Under the pieces are notes generated by a model that ran no database searches, was not told the DNA's origin, and saw only the letters and a list, made by a program, of their open reading frames with translations. A program made the translations under genes and the position numbers. From Fimbriosthenelais zetlandica (Eukaryota), in the NCBI GenBank assembly GCA_977030845.1, contig OZ365115.1, forward strand, positions 9,672,001 to 9,736,000: a DNA stretch of 64,000 nt, in the 5' to 3' direction. Shown piece after piece: positions 1 to 11,570 of the stretch. The number at the start of each line of letters is the position of its first letter. Within the stretch, counting starts at the first letter, position 1.

Positions 1-167
1 CATGCACTTACTTGACCCATGGGTATAAGATGGAACATTTTACTTACCTGGAACCACTGGTTTTAATCTACATATTGAATCATCCTTTTTCATCCTCAAA
101 AACAGCAAGGTGCGCGTCAATCGTTAAACAGATCTAATTAACCTTGTTTGGGTGCAGTTTACAGTCG

Positions 168-181
168 GTTGCCAAGGATAC
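168..181. promoter_or_regulatory. RFX X-box-like motif GTTGCCAAGGATAC
   Basis: Matches the 14-nt RFX palindrome GTTNCCNNGGNAAC with one mismatch. Motif match only. Confidence 0.3.
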
Positions 182-255
182 CTGAGGGTGCTAGTCAACT
201 CACTTTTCTCCTTTTTAGAAATCTCTGACAGGAGTTAAGGCACCAGAGGGTTTAC

Positions 256-593
256 TAGTAAATGAAGAATTCAGCAAGGCATGGAAAATCCTTTACGTCT
301 TGCAGGTCTATCGATAAACCGGTGAACTTATAAAGCGTCTGCCTTCTTTGGAAGGCAATCTTTGTTCAAGGCATACATTACAGATCGGTTCCAATTCCAA
401 AGGGAATATTTTTTTGACTATGTGAGCATTGCTTCAGGTGCCAACAAAGACTACAACATTTTGTTACCTCTACTCTTCAATAAATAAAGTCTACAAGCAT
501 GGCTTTAATGTCTATAAGACACGAGCATTTCATTTAAAATGTAGACCTACAAGTAAAGGATTCTGCATGCCTTGCTGAATTCTTCATTTACTA
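256..593. mobile_element. MITE-like element, about 340 bp, with about 55-bp terminal inverted repeats
   Basis: 256-310 (tagtaaatgaagaattcagcaaggcatggaaaatcctttacgtcttgcaggtcta) is the reverse complement of 542-593 (tagacctacaagtaaaggattctgcatgccttgctgaattcttcatttacta), with 3 substitutions and one 3-nt indel. Both outer ends read TA, compatible with a TA target-site duplication. There is no internal ORF. Confidence 0.65.
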
Positions 594-1980
594 CTGAAGG
601 CCAATGATACAAACATGCCTTTGCATATGAATTCCTGATTTACAAAAAAAGAATCAAAAGCTGTCATTTGACGGATGATCAATGGGGTTTGTACAAAGAG
701 TGACTTCAGAGAAAAGCAGGTGTTTCGATTCTGTATTAACACTTGAGTCCACAGAACCCAACTTCAAATATTCTATAGACTCAAGGCTCTGCCTATAATA
801 GATCAAACATCACTAAACCTAACACTTTGTTAAATATTTGTATTTCAAATTGCCTGTCGTCATGCATTTCAGACAGTCCGATCCATCTAATCATTTAAGA
901 AAAAGATTCTAAACAAGCCTCGCCTGCCGTCCATGTCAGTCAGCCATATTGAAAAGCTAAAATTACAATGGCCAACTCCTCCACCTCCCCTCCCCGATAT
1001 CATACTGATAACAGATGTTCTTAAATATTTCATGCACTACAAAGGAATCCCCATGACGACCAGGCGTGTTTGAAATGATCTTATAGTTATTTCTGATGTC
1101 TTAATGGACCTGTTGTGCTGCTGCAGGTGTCGGCGATGCATCATCTTTGTCTAATAGTTGGAATGGTGTCTTTAATAAATGTTGAGCAAAAGACAAGAGA
1201 TTTGATGGGCAGCTGGAGTTCCTTCAGCTCTTCTTCTGACTCAATATTTCATCAAAAATTTAATCTACCACCTTCAGGTGGATACTAACGCTTTCTATGA
1301 CCTTGATGTTGGTATTTGTTTATTGGAATGGAATCTGACATTTAGTACATGTATTTATAATTCATATAGGAAACCTTGCCTTGGGCACATCCCACGTTAT
1401 TGTCTTTGAGACATTTATGGATGCAGAAGACCATTACAGAATTGGTTTAGTTAAACGATAATACAACCGTTTGACACAGACAGAAGTTTCCTTTATGATA
1501 GATCAGAACTGCCTTCAAAAGTCTTAGCCTCACTATGCACTCATATAAATGTTAAGTAGAGGTGGACCAAGTAGATAAACGGCTGATATTAAATATCAGT
1601 CCTTTAACGCTCTCTTCCCTAGCTAGCTGTTAGACTATTTTGCTCCAGGCCACCTCTGTTTTTTTCCGCTCTCAATTTACACGGGCGCTAGCCGCTGGCA
1701 AAGGCGTTTAATTGGCAATTGTATACCCACAATGGAGCCTGGTAATCAAATGAACTTTAAGGGCAACCATCTTGGTCGTTATTTGGCCCTTTCTTTTGTT
1801 TCCCTGACCACTTAACATTTAGCCAGATTAAAGGTCCCCTAAAAAGACGGAGATTATTTTTTGACCTGCTTTCATTTGGATCTCTCAGGTTTTCTTTCAA
1901 CTTGAAAATCAATAGCCTTTGTTATTTCTTCATCTCATTTTGGTTCAACGTCCCTTAAATTGGGGTTTGTCTTTTTGGGG

Positions 1981-2024
1981 CTGATTTCTTATGCTGATTT
2001 CTTTCTTCCCTTTACTTCTAACAG
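1981..2024 (+). other. Strong orphan 3' splice-site-like sequence
   Basis: ctgatttcttatgctgatttctttcttccctttacttctaacAG|G. No strong donor follows, and all three downstream frames stop within 30 codons. Confidence 0.25.
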
Positions 2025-3361
2025 GAATGAATGGCATCATTCTGCGAATAATTCTCATCTGAAAAGGAGACCAACAACCAGATTATGCCACGAAGAACAT
2101 TATATGCATTATTGAATATTAAGAACTTTCATTGACATTTTTGTTCTGAAATACGAAACAGATTCATTCCAAGACGCTTCAGGTGCAAAGGAATTTGTGC
2201 AGTCATTTGGAAGTTTGAATATCCAGAACATTAGACCCGTCCTTATATCCTATAAGGGAATGAGATTAAGTACATGTATGGATTAACACACGTACGGGGA
2301 TATAAGCATCTGCCGACTCGGGGTGTGAGCTATAGGGGAGCAACTGGTAAAACTACAAGTGTACATCATCATCGGATTGTGCAGGATATTACTTTGTGAT
2401 CGGATTTATTAGTAACACCAGCTTGACTTTGTGATTAATTTGCACCAGTAATATGGGAAACATGATGTTTGTATGCTCAAGATAATATAAAAGACTGCAA
2501 ATCTAGAAGCTTCCTAGCCACGATTATTGCTTGGCGTGACTGATTCAACAACAAAATCTTTGCAACTATTAACGATCAGTCTTAGAATTCATTCTTCATT
2601 CATATTTGGAATGGAAGGTTCTTTTAGATCCAATGGACGCATTGGAATGGATAATGACAATCATGCCATTACGTTAAATCCTCGTCGCTTCTAAAGCTTG
2701 CACTTCCTTGCATCTTATTCTTCACATGGATGTTTGATTAAACATTCTTCCAACAAAGAATACTTAATTGAAAAAAAATCTCAAAAGGCCTACCTTAAAC
2801 TCCCCCCGCCAACAGGCGATGTTAATTGATTTAAAAAGCTTTCCAAATCTTTACCTTTCGTAAAGTACAATCTAGCAGCCGTCTTGGCTTTTCCTATAGA
2901 ATGAGGGACGGGCAGACCGGAGACTGCCCGCCTACCAGGACTCCCCCTTTCGCTAATTCCAGGAACTAATGCCTTTAAGGCGTTACCTGCCCAGCTATAT
3001 TAAGTAAGATCGCCTTTCAAAACTCGTTATACCTCAATAGCCTTGAGTTCCTTTCCTCCGAGTCTAATCTATCCCCGTTAGGACCTATAATCTAATGCCT
3101 AATAGACACATCAAAGGCCGTGCAAACGAGAGAGCAATTAATTTTGCATCACGGAGTGAACGGTATAGAGGATTAAGCGCGTTTAAGGAGTATTCTGGAA
3201 TCCGTCATAGAGGATATTTATAGTCAGGGGATTACTTATATAAATAGAGGCCGGCGATGGAAACTGTGTCCCTGATCTATGTAGACAGGTACGTCTATCT
3301 ATAATGTCTTTTAACTTTGCATTCGCATTATTATATTGTACTATATTAGATTGGGGTTGGC

Positions 3362-3726
3362 GATCTGCTCACATCTGCTCAGGAGTGATTGTAGCTATTA
3401 TGAACTGCTCATGACCACTTCTGCTTCTCCTCCAATTATGATACTTACAGTCCCATTTCTGGTCCTCCAGTGGGATAAGTGCGAATATGCTAATTTTGTT
3501 TTCAGAAACATTCCCACCTTACCCTCATTCTGCCCCGCATCCTCCTTAACTTCTTCACTACCTCTGTTCTGATGAGGCCGTACCCGCCCTCAGCAAGGGC
3601 CTGTTTTAACATAAAGATGTGCGATAGTTCCCCTTCTGCATTGGTCACCTTTTTGTTTTTGATTTCTGGTGGATCAGCTCACATCTGCTAAGAAGTAATT
3701 ATAGCTGTTATGAGCTGTTCATGACC
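3362..3726 (+). repeat. 55-bp direct duplication (3362-3416 and 3672-3726)
   Basis: gatctgctcacatctgctcaggagtgattgtagctattatgaactgctcatgacc versus gatcagctcacatctgctaagaagtaattatagctgttatgagctgttcatgacc: 47/55 identical, no gaps, offset 310 bp. Confidence 0.85.
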
Positions 3727-6700
3727 CGCTCCCCCACTCACCCACTGCTCCTCGTGTCCCGCACTGTGGGAAGAGTTGCTCCTGTGCCTCCTTTCTGTCC
3801 CCATCCTGCCCCCCGCGTTACAGCTTATCTTTCTACGCTCTAGTGTTTTTCTCTGTAACTCTTGATGGCTGACGGCTGCTTGTTCACACCGTGTTTCTTT
3901 GATGGTTTCTCTGACTTTTCCTGTTTGCGTGATACGTTTGGCTCTAGCTTTCTATTGAGCTCTTCTCTGCAGCATCTCCCATTGTGTTTTCCCACACATG
4001 CATTTAGGCCTGAAACGACGCCAAAAAACACAAGTTGGTGACCATTTATGATTTGGAACTAGATATCTTTGGAGCAGATATTGCTGGAAACAGTGTCATA
4101 AATATTGCCTTTAAGACTCCTCTCAAACCTGTTATTCGACAATTATGGGTTTCCTCCCCTGACCTGTCGAAGCCTTTCAAACAGAGAAATCCTTTTAGTA
4201 CAGAGACACACGAAAGTAGGGATATTTGTCTTAATAAAAGTGTCACTTTTTCATTGGCCGTAAAAAGCATGCTTATCTTAGGAACCCTTGCCGGCATGAT
4301 TTCTGTGGCACTAATCGTTTGCCTTGTATCGCGAGGGAAAAACTCCCCGAGTCCCTTGGCCCAACACTTACTTCGGGGTTTAGGGAGCTGATTTCCCCTT
4401 GGGCCGAGCCATTTCATTTATGTTTTCCATGAATCGAAGGTAGGCCATAAAAAAGCCACAATAATAGACTCCTGTCACAGAAATGATGGATGCAGAAAAT
4501 CAAGTGTGTTGGAATTCACATGAGCTGAAAAAAGTACCCCTCCCAGCGGCCTCGTTCGCACTGGGTAAACTCAGGAGATTTTGCCGAACAGCCCGATGTA
4601 AGCTGGTAATGGCAAAGTGAGCATAATTTATGGCTCAGGGGAGCGTGTGAAAAAGCAATAAGGTTGAAGGGTTGTGTTTCATTAATAAAGGCATTAATCT
4701 TATACCTGGCCATTGGTTGACTACGTAATAGCCAGCTCAAAGCTGGCCCATGTTTACTAGTGTTTGCATAATAGATATTTGATGTGTTTTATGGCGGGTC
4801 TTGCCATGGGAAAAAATAGCTAACACACCTTCCCTGGAGGTTAATATGTAAGCCTGAAGTTTCATCGCAAGTATCTCCCCACTTAGTTACTTACTGGAAA
4901 ATGTAGCTCAACTATACTGAACTGCAGGGCAATTTTAAGCTGGACACTTCAAAGCAAAGTTACTCTTGTACAGGTCTGTGTGAGAACTAATTTTAGCAAA
5001 CAAATGTTTTGCCAATAATGTTCTTTTACAATCCAGTAATGAAAGTACAAACAATATCGATTGATTTAAATAGGTATTTTCCGAAACAAAAAACTTCTCT
5101 GAGTAATTGATATGTCTGACACTGATAAGAATAACACTACGCTACACTCCACCCTCGGGGCCTCCTTTTCCATTCACTCTCAGGGCAGATGACCAACAAA
5201 CTGACTCCTTGGCGAGTGCTAGCCTATATATCTATTCATTTGACCAATAAGAAGCAAATCTGGGGTCCGTCAAATATGCATTAAATTAGCCAATGCTATT
5301 TCCACCCAACGAGTACAATGAAGTATTCTCGTTTCTATATCTATGGGTTATGGTATAGCAAAGCTTTCCCCTGAAACAGGCCCCTGATGCTTTGATGTTT
5401 CAGACTTCATGTCTCTGGTGCCTAATTGGCCTTTTGGGTGATAAAATATCTCACCGCTATATAGATTACCTGCGGACTTCCCCTTCCCATTTTCCATCTA
5501 TGCTACACATGTCTGTGGAGAAGAGGGAGTCTGCCAAGCGCTCCAGATTACCCTCGCTGTCTAGTTAGTCGTTACTATGACAACAAAGGATGTAAAGAGA
5601 GGTGTCGTGGTAGCCTTATGGACCTAACTATCCGCTCATTAGGCTGGTAAAGAGACAAGGAAACTGGTTCCTTTATAAGGGCAAAGTCATGATGGGAAGA
5701 AAGGAGCTGCTTTGTCTGCTTGGGGAAAAGAACATCACAGTTCACCGAGGGATGCATATGGGACCCAAGGCTGTGCGGTTCTAGGAAAAAAACAATGATT
5801 ATATCATTCATGTGGATACAGTTACAACGCTGCCGTAGCAATTTCCAATCCCCCTTTCCTATGTTGCAGGGATGAGCTGCTCTTGCTAATCATACATGAA
5901 CTTTTATTGAAGTAATCAGAAAAAGCAATCTGAAAAAGAACGAACCAAAAAGAGTGCACTCACATAATTATTTCCATTTCCCCTTGTATGATTTACATTA
6001 AGGTTCTCTTCAGCAATCAAAGCCAATGCCATAATTGAAGTGGGTTGAGACTCAAAGGAAGAGAGACAATAGCACCATCCTTGGCTTGGCGCTCTAGATT
6101 GAGATTTGAATTAGTGATGCTACATTTTTTACTGCACTTATTAATGCCTTTTTGTTACATTTAGTGCTTTCCTAATTTATTAACATGGTTTGGGAACCGC
6201 ACTCGGGATTGTTACTAGAGAATAACTTCATCCCTTCACGGGCCTGGATCGAGGAGTGGCATAAGAAGAGTCGCCATTGAATTAGTCCATTGAGAATTAG
6301 CCCCCACTTTTACAGCTCCTTTGCCACTTTCAGCAGCCTTGATCTATCTGTAGCTATTGTCTGGTGATACCAGTTGCTCCTGTAATGACTGCCCCATCCT
6401 GTAATGACTCTCTCATGACACTGTAAATCACCATAGTGAGGATGTGAGGCAGCAGTGTCCCATGAACTTAGTCACTTTAAACAGCAGAAATGACTCCATT
6501 GACGATCTTCCATCTCCGAGAATCCAGTGTACAAATTACAGTATATGGCCTGGACTTATTATCGGAAGAGATCATGCATGGAAGTTATATAAGGCTTTTG
6601 ATACTGGGACTAATTGGTAGATATATTATGGTCAACATCACAAGATCTGTTGATATCCCAATTGGCCACTATATGAGATAGGACACACACGTTGAATCCA

Positions 6701-8377
6701 GAAGATAACTTTTCATATTGCACTATCTGTTCCCATGCAGAGCTCACTGTGATCTTGCATTCACTTTTTGACTTTCCTGTCATGCATTTCTCAGGGATTG
6801 TTCAATAAAAAATGGATCTGAAAATGTCCATGTATTCTATGTCCATGTATATTCTATATGTGCCCATGGATGTGGTGCTCATTTCTGATATAACAACCCC
6901 GGGGGGTATGAGGAAGGTGTCATATCGCAGGAGCTGTGATTCCCCTCAATAGACAGAACCAGATTGACGTTTCCCCTCCAGGCATGATTCTCCATAATGC
7001 TGGCTTTTTATTGCAGGAATATATGACCATATGTCTGCATATCCTTTGTCATATGCCTGGTGATTGTTTATTATTATTGCAGGAATTGCCTCTGAATGAC
7101 TACAGAGACAATGGAGAAGCAAGACAGATGTAAGCATTCATTGTTTATATAGAGGAACATAATTATTAGTGATGTATAATATATTCTATTACATCCCATT
7201 AATTGTTCCCAATATTATCTCTTGCTGTAACTCATCTAGACTGTGCTCCCTTCAACTCAGATAATTATCAACTTGCTTCGGACTAGTAGACCTCATAATT
7301 TTCAAACAAACACGTAATTGGACAAATTGTATGCTTGCGAAATTAGTCTGGACCATTAAAATGGTTGCACTGCCATCCCAACACTGATTGTCATATAGCC
7401 ATTTAAGTTGACATTTCCTCAGGGTATTCATATGATGTCAAAATAGTCGACTTGATTAGTGCATCTATACACATTTGTTCCATAAGAATGCATTGCTCAA
7501 GCTATCAGATATATAATCTCATACTTCGCAGACTCATTATGAAATATGGTCTGTGGAGGGCCCTGTATCTTGAATGCAGTTCTACAAGAAATGACCGAGT
7601 AATATAGAAATGATCGATGGAGAAAAATATGCAATAATGGAATCAGCCAGAAATAACCTTGTTTTTTTACGGCTGATGTCAACTCTGAAATCTAATAGAT
7701 AAGATTGGGAAGTCTGTGCTGAACGTCAGAAGATGAGCAATTCTGGCAATCAATCAAAGAAATATATCACACGAAGAAGTACCAATCAACTCTCGACTTT
7801 TCCATTAAAACTAAAGCCCCTGGGACTTCTTATTTCATCAGTTTCAAGCTTATGAACCTAATTTACTATCCATCACCTTCCCCATTCATTTTCCAGAGAT
7901 CAGGGGAATGATGAATGAAGCTGTGAACAAGCTTTGATTGTAATCACGGAGAACAAATGGTTCATATATTTTATTAGGTGAATGCTGACAGTGCAGCTTT
8001 GCCTTGTAGGAGCTATAAATTCCCCACCACTTGTCAGTCTATAATTCATTGAGCCCCTGAACAGTGGCTCTTGATAATGGTAAAACATGAAAGGCTTTAT
8101 GACGCGATTACCGCTGATTCTCTCGCTTGTTGCCATCTTAGCTCGTGGGACATGAGTTATGAAAGGGTATAAATTAGCCCTTCATTCCCGTGATGACGCT
8201 TTGTGCATGCCCATTGCCAAGTGGCAGCTATGTATAATAAAATTAACCTCCACTCCGGTCTATCAAAGTGTATGGTGATGGCGCATGTTGGTCCATTATC
8301 CTCATGCACATGGTATGCCATCCATTCATCCATTTACTTCAGGATACATTTTCATGCTGTTAAAGCTCTTATGATAT

Positions 8378-8546
8378 CAGGAGTGGATCCAGGGGGGGGG
8401 GGGGGATTATGTGCCCAGGACATCCTCCCAGAGATGATTTTTTCCTTGCTCTAATACATTTTTTTTGGCCCACAAGGTCTTATACCTCCAATCAAATTAA
8501 CAGGGCTGGCATCCACCCCCCCCCCCCACCATATATCCGCCTTCAG
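8378..8546. mobile_element. Degenerate MITE-like relic with facing G14 and C12 tracts
   Basis: caggagtggatcca followed by G14 (8392-8405) at the left; C12 (8516-8527) followed by accatatatccgccttcag at the right. This resembles CAGGGGCGGATCCAG...CTGGATCCGCCCCTG-type non-autonomous element ends that I recall from invertebrate genomes. No target-site duplication is visible. Confidence 0.4.
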
Positions 8547-8959
8547 GCCACTTTGCAAAACCCTAGCTCAGTTCATTCCCATTCGGCATTGACATATATA
8601 GAGGAACTGCCTCCAGCACGTGCAAGGTGTTGACATTCAGCATTTCATTCTGGATTTCTTCATATTTAAAAGGTCATATTCCGAGCTACATGTTGGGTAC
8701 TTATTGGAAATGACAAAACTTTAAACCATGTATATATAAATATGTAACCTTTAGCAATGTCATCCTCAGGAGTAGATATTTCTCTTTTTCCTCTGCAAGG
8801 TTCACTTTCTCCAACCCTACCTCATGAGAATGAGGTGAATACGAAACACAAACATACCTCATGGTCTTATATACTATACTCGCCCAGAATTCTCCCCGCC
8901 ACCTCGGCTCTATTGATTTTCAATGGGCCATAATGAGAACTGCCTCACTTTCACTTATT

Positions 8960-9045
8960 ATCGCTCACGCCACCTGGAGTCAGCCGGAAATCAAAGTTGT
9001 GCGCATGCGCCCGGGGCAGGAAGGCAGCTATTTCCGGTGGTGGCT
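8960..9045. promoter_or_regulatory. CpG-rich promoter/enhancer-like motif cluster
   Basis: Perfect NRF1 TGCGCATGCGC 9000-9010; ETS cores CCGGAA 8984, CAGGAAG 9017 and TTTCCGG 9031; TCF-type ATCAAAG 8990-8996; CTCF-like cgccacctggagt 8968-8980. Confidence 0.5.
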
Positions 9046-9734
9046 GAGGTCCTTTTTTACAGGCTTAGACTGAGGTGTTATCAGCTACCCCCATGAGGAC
9101 TGGGCTAATTATAACATCAAGTTCTTTGCTTTAAGAAGTTCACTATTGAGTCTGGTGCATACAAATAATTTGTCATTGCAAGTGGGGAATATATATATAT
9201 ATATCATGTAGCTACAAAGGAAAACATTGGTTAGAGATGCAAATAAGTCATTACCGCCGCTAGTTGTCTTAGATTATGCAGGGTATAGGGAGAAATGTAT
9301 CCCTTTCGGTATAGAATTACTCAAACCATCATTTCAATACTTTTTTTAGTTAGCCAACTGGAATTTATTTGGCAATTCGGCACACCTGAATCTGTGTTTC
9401 CTCCGTGACTTTTTCTACCAACCAAGTTAAGTGTTGTCCAGATTAGATCCCGTTAAAAGATGCATGTTCCCTTAGACTCCATTCAGCATTTATCAGTAAA
9501 CTGTAGAACAGCCAGTGAGAGGGTCGCGGATGCTGGAGACTTGACAAGCCCTCCATTTGATGGATGGGCTTGTTTGTATGATTGTAGTTAAAGTAATACA
9601 AAAAAATTATCATCCTGATCAGATAGATTGGAAAAATTCCCTCGGAAAAGATTCATCCCTCGGTACCTTCTCAATTCCCGGTTTGCTTTCCAGCCAATTT
9701 TGCAAATAATGCCATTCCTTGAGGAAGCACCAAG

Positions 9735-10440
9735 GCGCGAGGGTGGGCATACAATCTAGAACCTCGCACCCGGCTTTAAAATTCACCCATGTCTTTTATT
9801 AACTAAGGATATTTCTCCGGGGATGGTCTCCAATTCCCAGTGAGGGTCAGTCCGCGGTTACCATGGAAACTGGCCATTAAAACGAGGCTAGATAGACTCC
9901 TTATCAATCACCCCTAGTGGACAAGCCAAGAAGCGTGAAATCGGTGTCGCTTTTATCTGCGCGACGTTTTATAGCCCCCTCTCGAGACGAAACTGCAACA
10001 CAGCAGCTTTAGACAAGTGTAGTCGTCGGGATATTTTCGCCTGCCAAGTCGTGAAATGTGTCCGAGTCGTCCATATCACGCCCTCTTATCCTGAAGAACA
10101 GCTCGCGCGGACCAATAATGCTAATGCCTGGGTGTTTATTTCTACCATCAATTGTTTAATCGGGCTTCGTCGGTACGTGTAAAAAGAAGGGTAGTTAATT
10201 TGCCAAGATGCCTGCATGGTTGACTGGAGTTTGTATACAAAGCACTGATGACGTCACAGTAGGCATGTGTCACATGACCAGTATTTGTGTCACATGATTG
10301 CCTTCCTCGTGGCTGATTTGTTAGGTCATCAGACTCTGATCTGGAGTGACAGTCGCCACAGTTGCCGCAGGCAGCGATCAAACTACGTCATTTCCGGTGT
10401 GATGGCAAGCGTCAGGAACGAGAAGCCGGTTCACCCGTCT
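9735..10440. promoter_or_regulatory. CpG island with X-box, CRE, paired M-boxes and an ETS/CRE composite
   Basis: 18 CpG in 9901-10140. X-box GTTACCATGGAAAC 9857-9870; CTCF-like cacccctagtggac 9909-9922; TGACGTCA 10249-10256; GTCACATGA at 10269 and 10289; ACGTCATTTCCGGT 10385-10398. Confidence 0.55.
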
Positions 10441-11377
10441 CAACTAACCCCTGGGCTCTGAGCCCTCCACCAACATGCCAACCCCGGCACCCCTGTTCCC
10501 CTCCCATCCCCCGTAGCCAATGCCTGGGAGGTCTTTTAATTATTCCCTCTTCGTTAGTCAAGTCGCGGTGTCAATAAGAGCAATTTTGTTGCGAATCAGG
10601 ACAATTTATCCCTTGGCGCTGCAGTTGTTACGGCTAACTCCCATGGCATCACAATCATGCAAAAATGATACGCCGCCAATGCCGACATCATGCACATCTA
10701 ATCATGCACACCGCCAGTGTTGGGCACATGCGCCGGATTATCGACTCATATCTGTCATGGGGGAATTGATCCATGTGTAGTTTTACACAGCCTGGAATGA
10801 ATTTAGGATGATCAGCGCTCACTCTCATAATATGGGCCGTCTAAAGTTCTTTGTGACCCACTTCGCCCAAATCGAATAGTGTCTTCTTCTAATTACCAGT
10901 TTTCACTGTCTTTCCAGGAGTTTATGTGTGCATATTTTGTCATATTTTTGTCATATATTCATTAAATTTCAAATTCTGACAAACATAAAGACTAATTGTG
11001 AAAGTATGCCCTTCTGATTATATCACCTCAGAAAAAACTCGTTACTGCAAAGCTAAACGTGTCCCTAAGTAGAAATCTGAAATCTTTACCAATGTCTAAG
11101 ATTGAAGCTATATTATCGAGTGAAATCACATGAGGTTATAATGTCTGAATTGTCCTTAGGAGGTACCCAAGTTTCACCTTAAAATGACCCCACTGCTCGT
11201 AACCCTTAGGAATGTCATATAACAAGGGTCCTGCATACAAACGGGAGCTGTAGAAGAGGTAACGCATCCCTGCATGTAGGTCAGGGATCCAATCCTGCTC
11301 CGGAGCGTCTCCCTAGAATTCCCCCTCGGGGATCATGTGGATCAGGAGAGGTATTTGCTTAGTATAATCCTGCATAT

Positions 11378-11570
11378 CTTCTCCTCCTCCTCTACTCCAT
11401 GACCCAGTGTAATGCCACTTTCTCCAGTCCCATTCCCACCCTCTCTCCCTCTCCCTTTTCGAGTCGCTCTCTCTCCCATCTCCCTAACTTTCCTCCTGTC
11501 TCTCCATCTCCTCCAATTTCTCTCTCTCTGTCCCCTCTCTCTGTCTGTATGTGAATCTCTCTCTCTCCCT
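11378..11570. repeat. Degenerate CT-rich (polypyrimidine) tract
   Basis: Runs of ctctct and ccctct over about 190 bp. It accounts for the low-complexity ORFs at 11342-11624. Confidence 0.85.

Noticed and set aside
41-51. TACTTACCTGG, resembling the U1 snRNA 5' end or a perfect minus-strand donor
   Set aside because: The rest of U1 is absent, and as a donor it lacks a convincing upstream acceptor on the minus strand.
4035-4417. Antiparallel 118- and 123-aa ORFs, one with a transmembrane-like stretch (ILGTLAGMISVALIVCLV)
   Set aside because: The first has a TTG start that is not meaningful in a eukaryote. I recognise no homology and see no splice signals bounding the hydrophobic segment.
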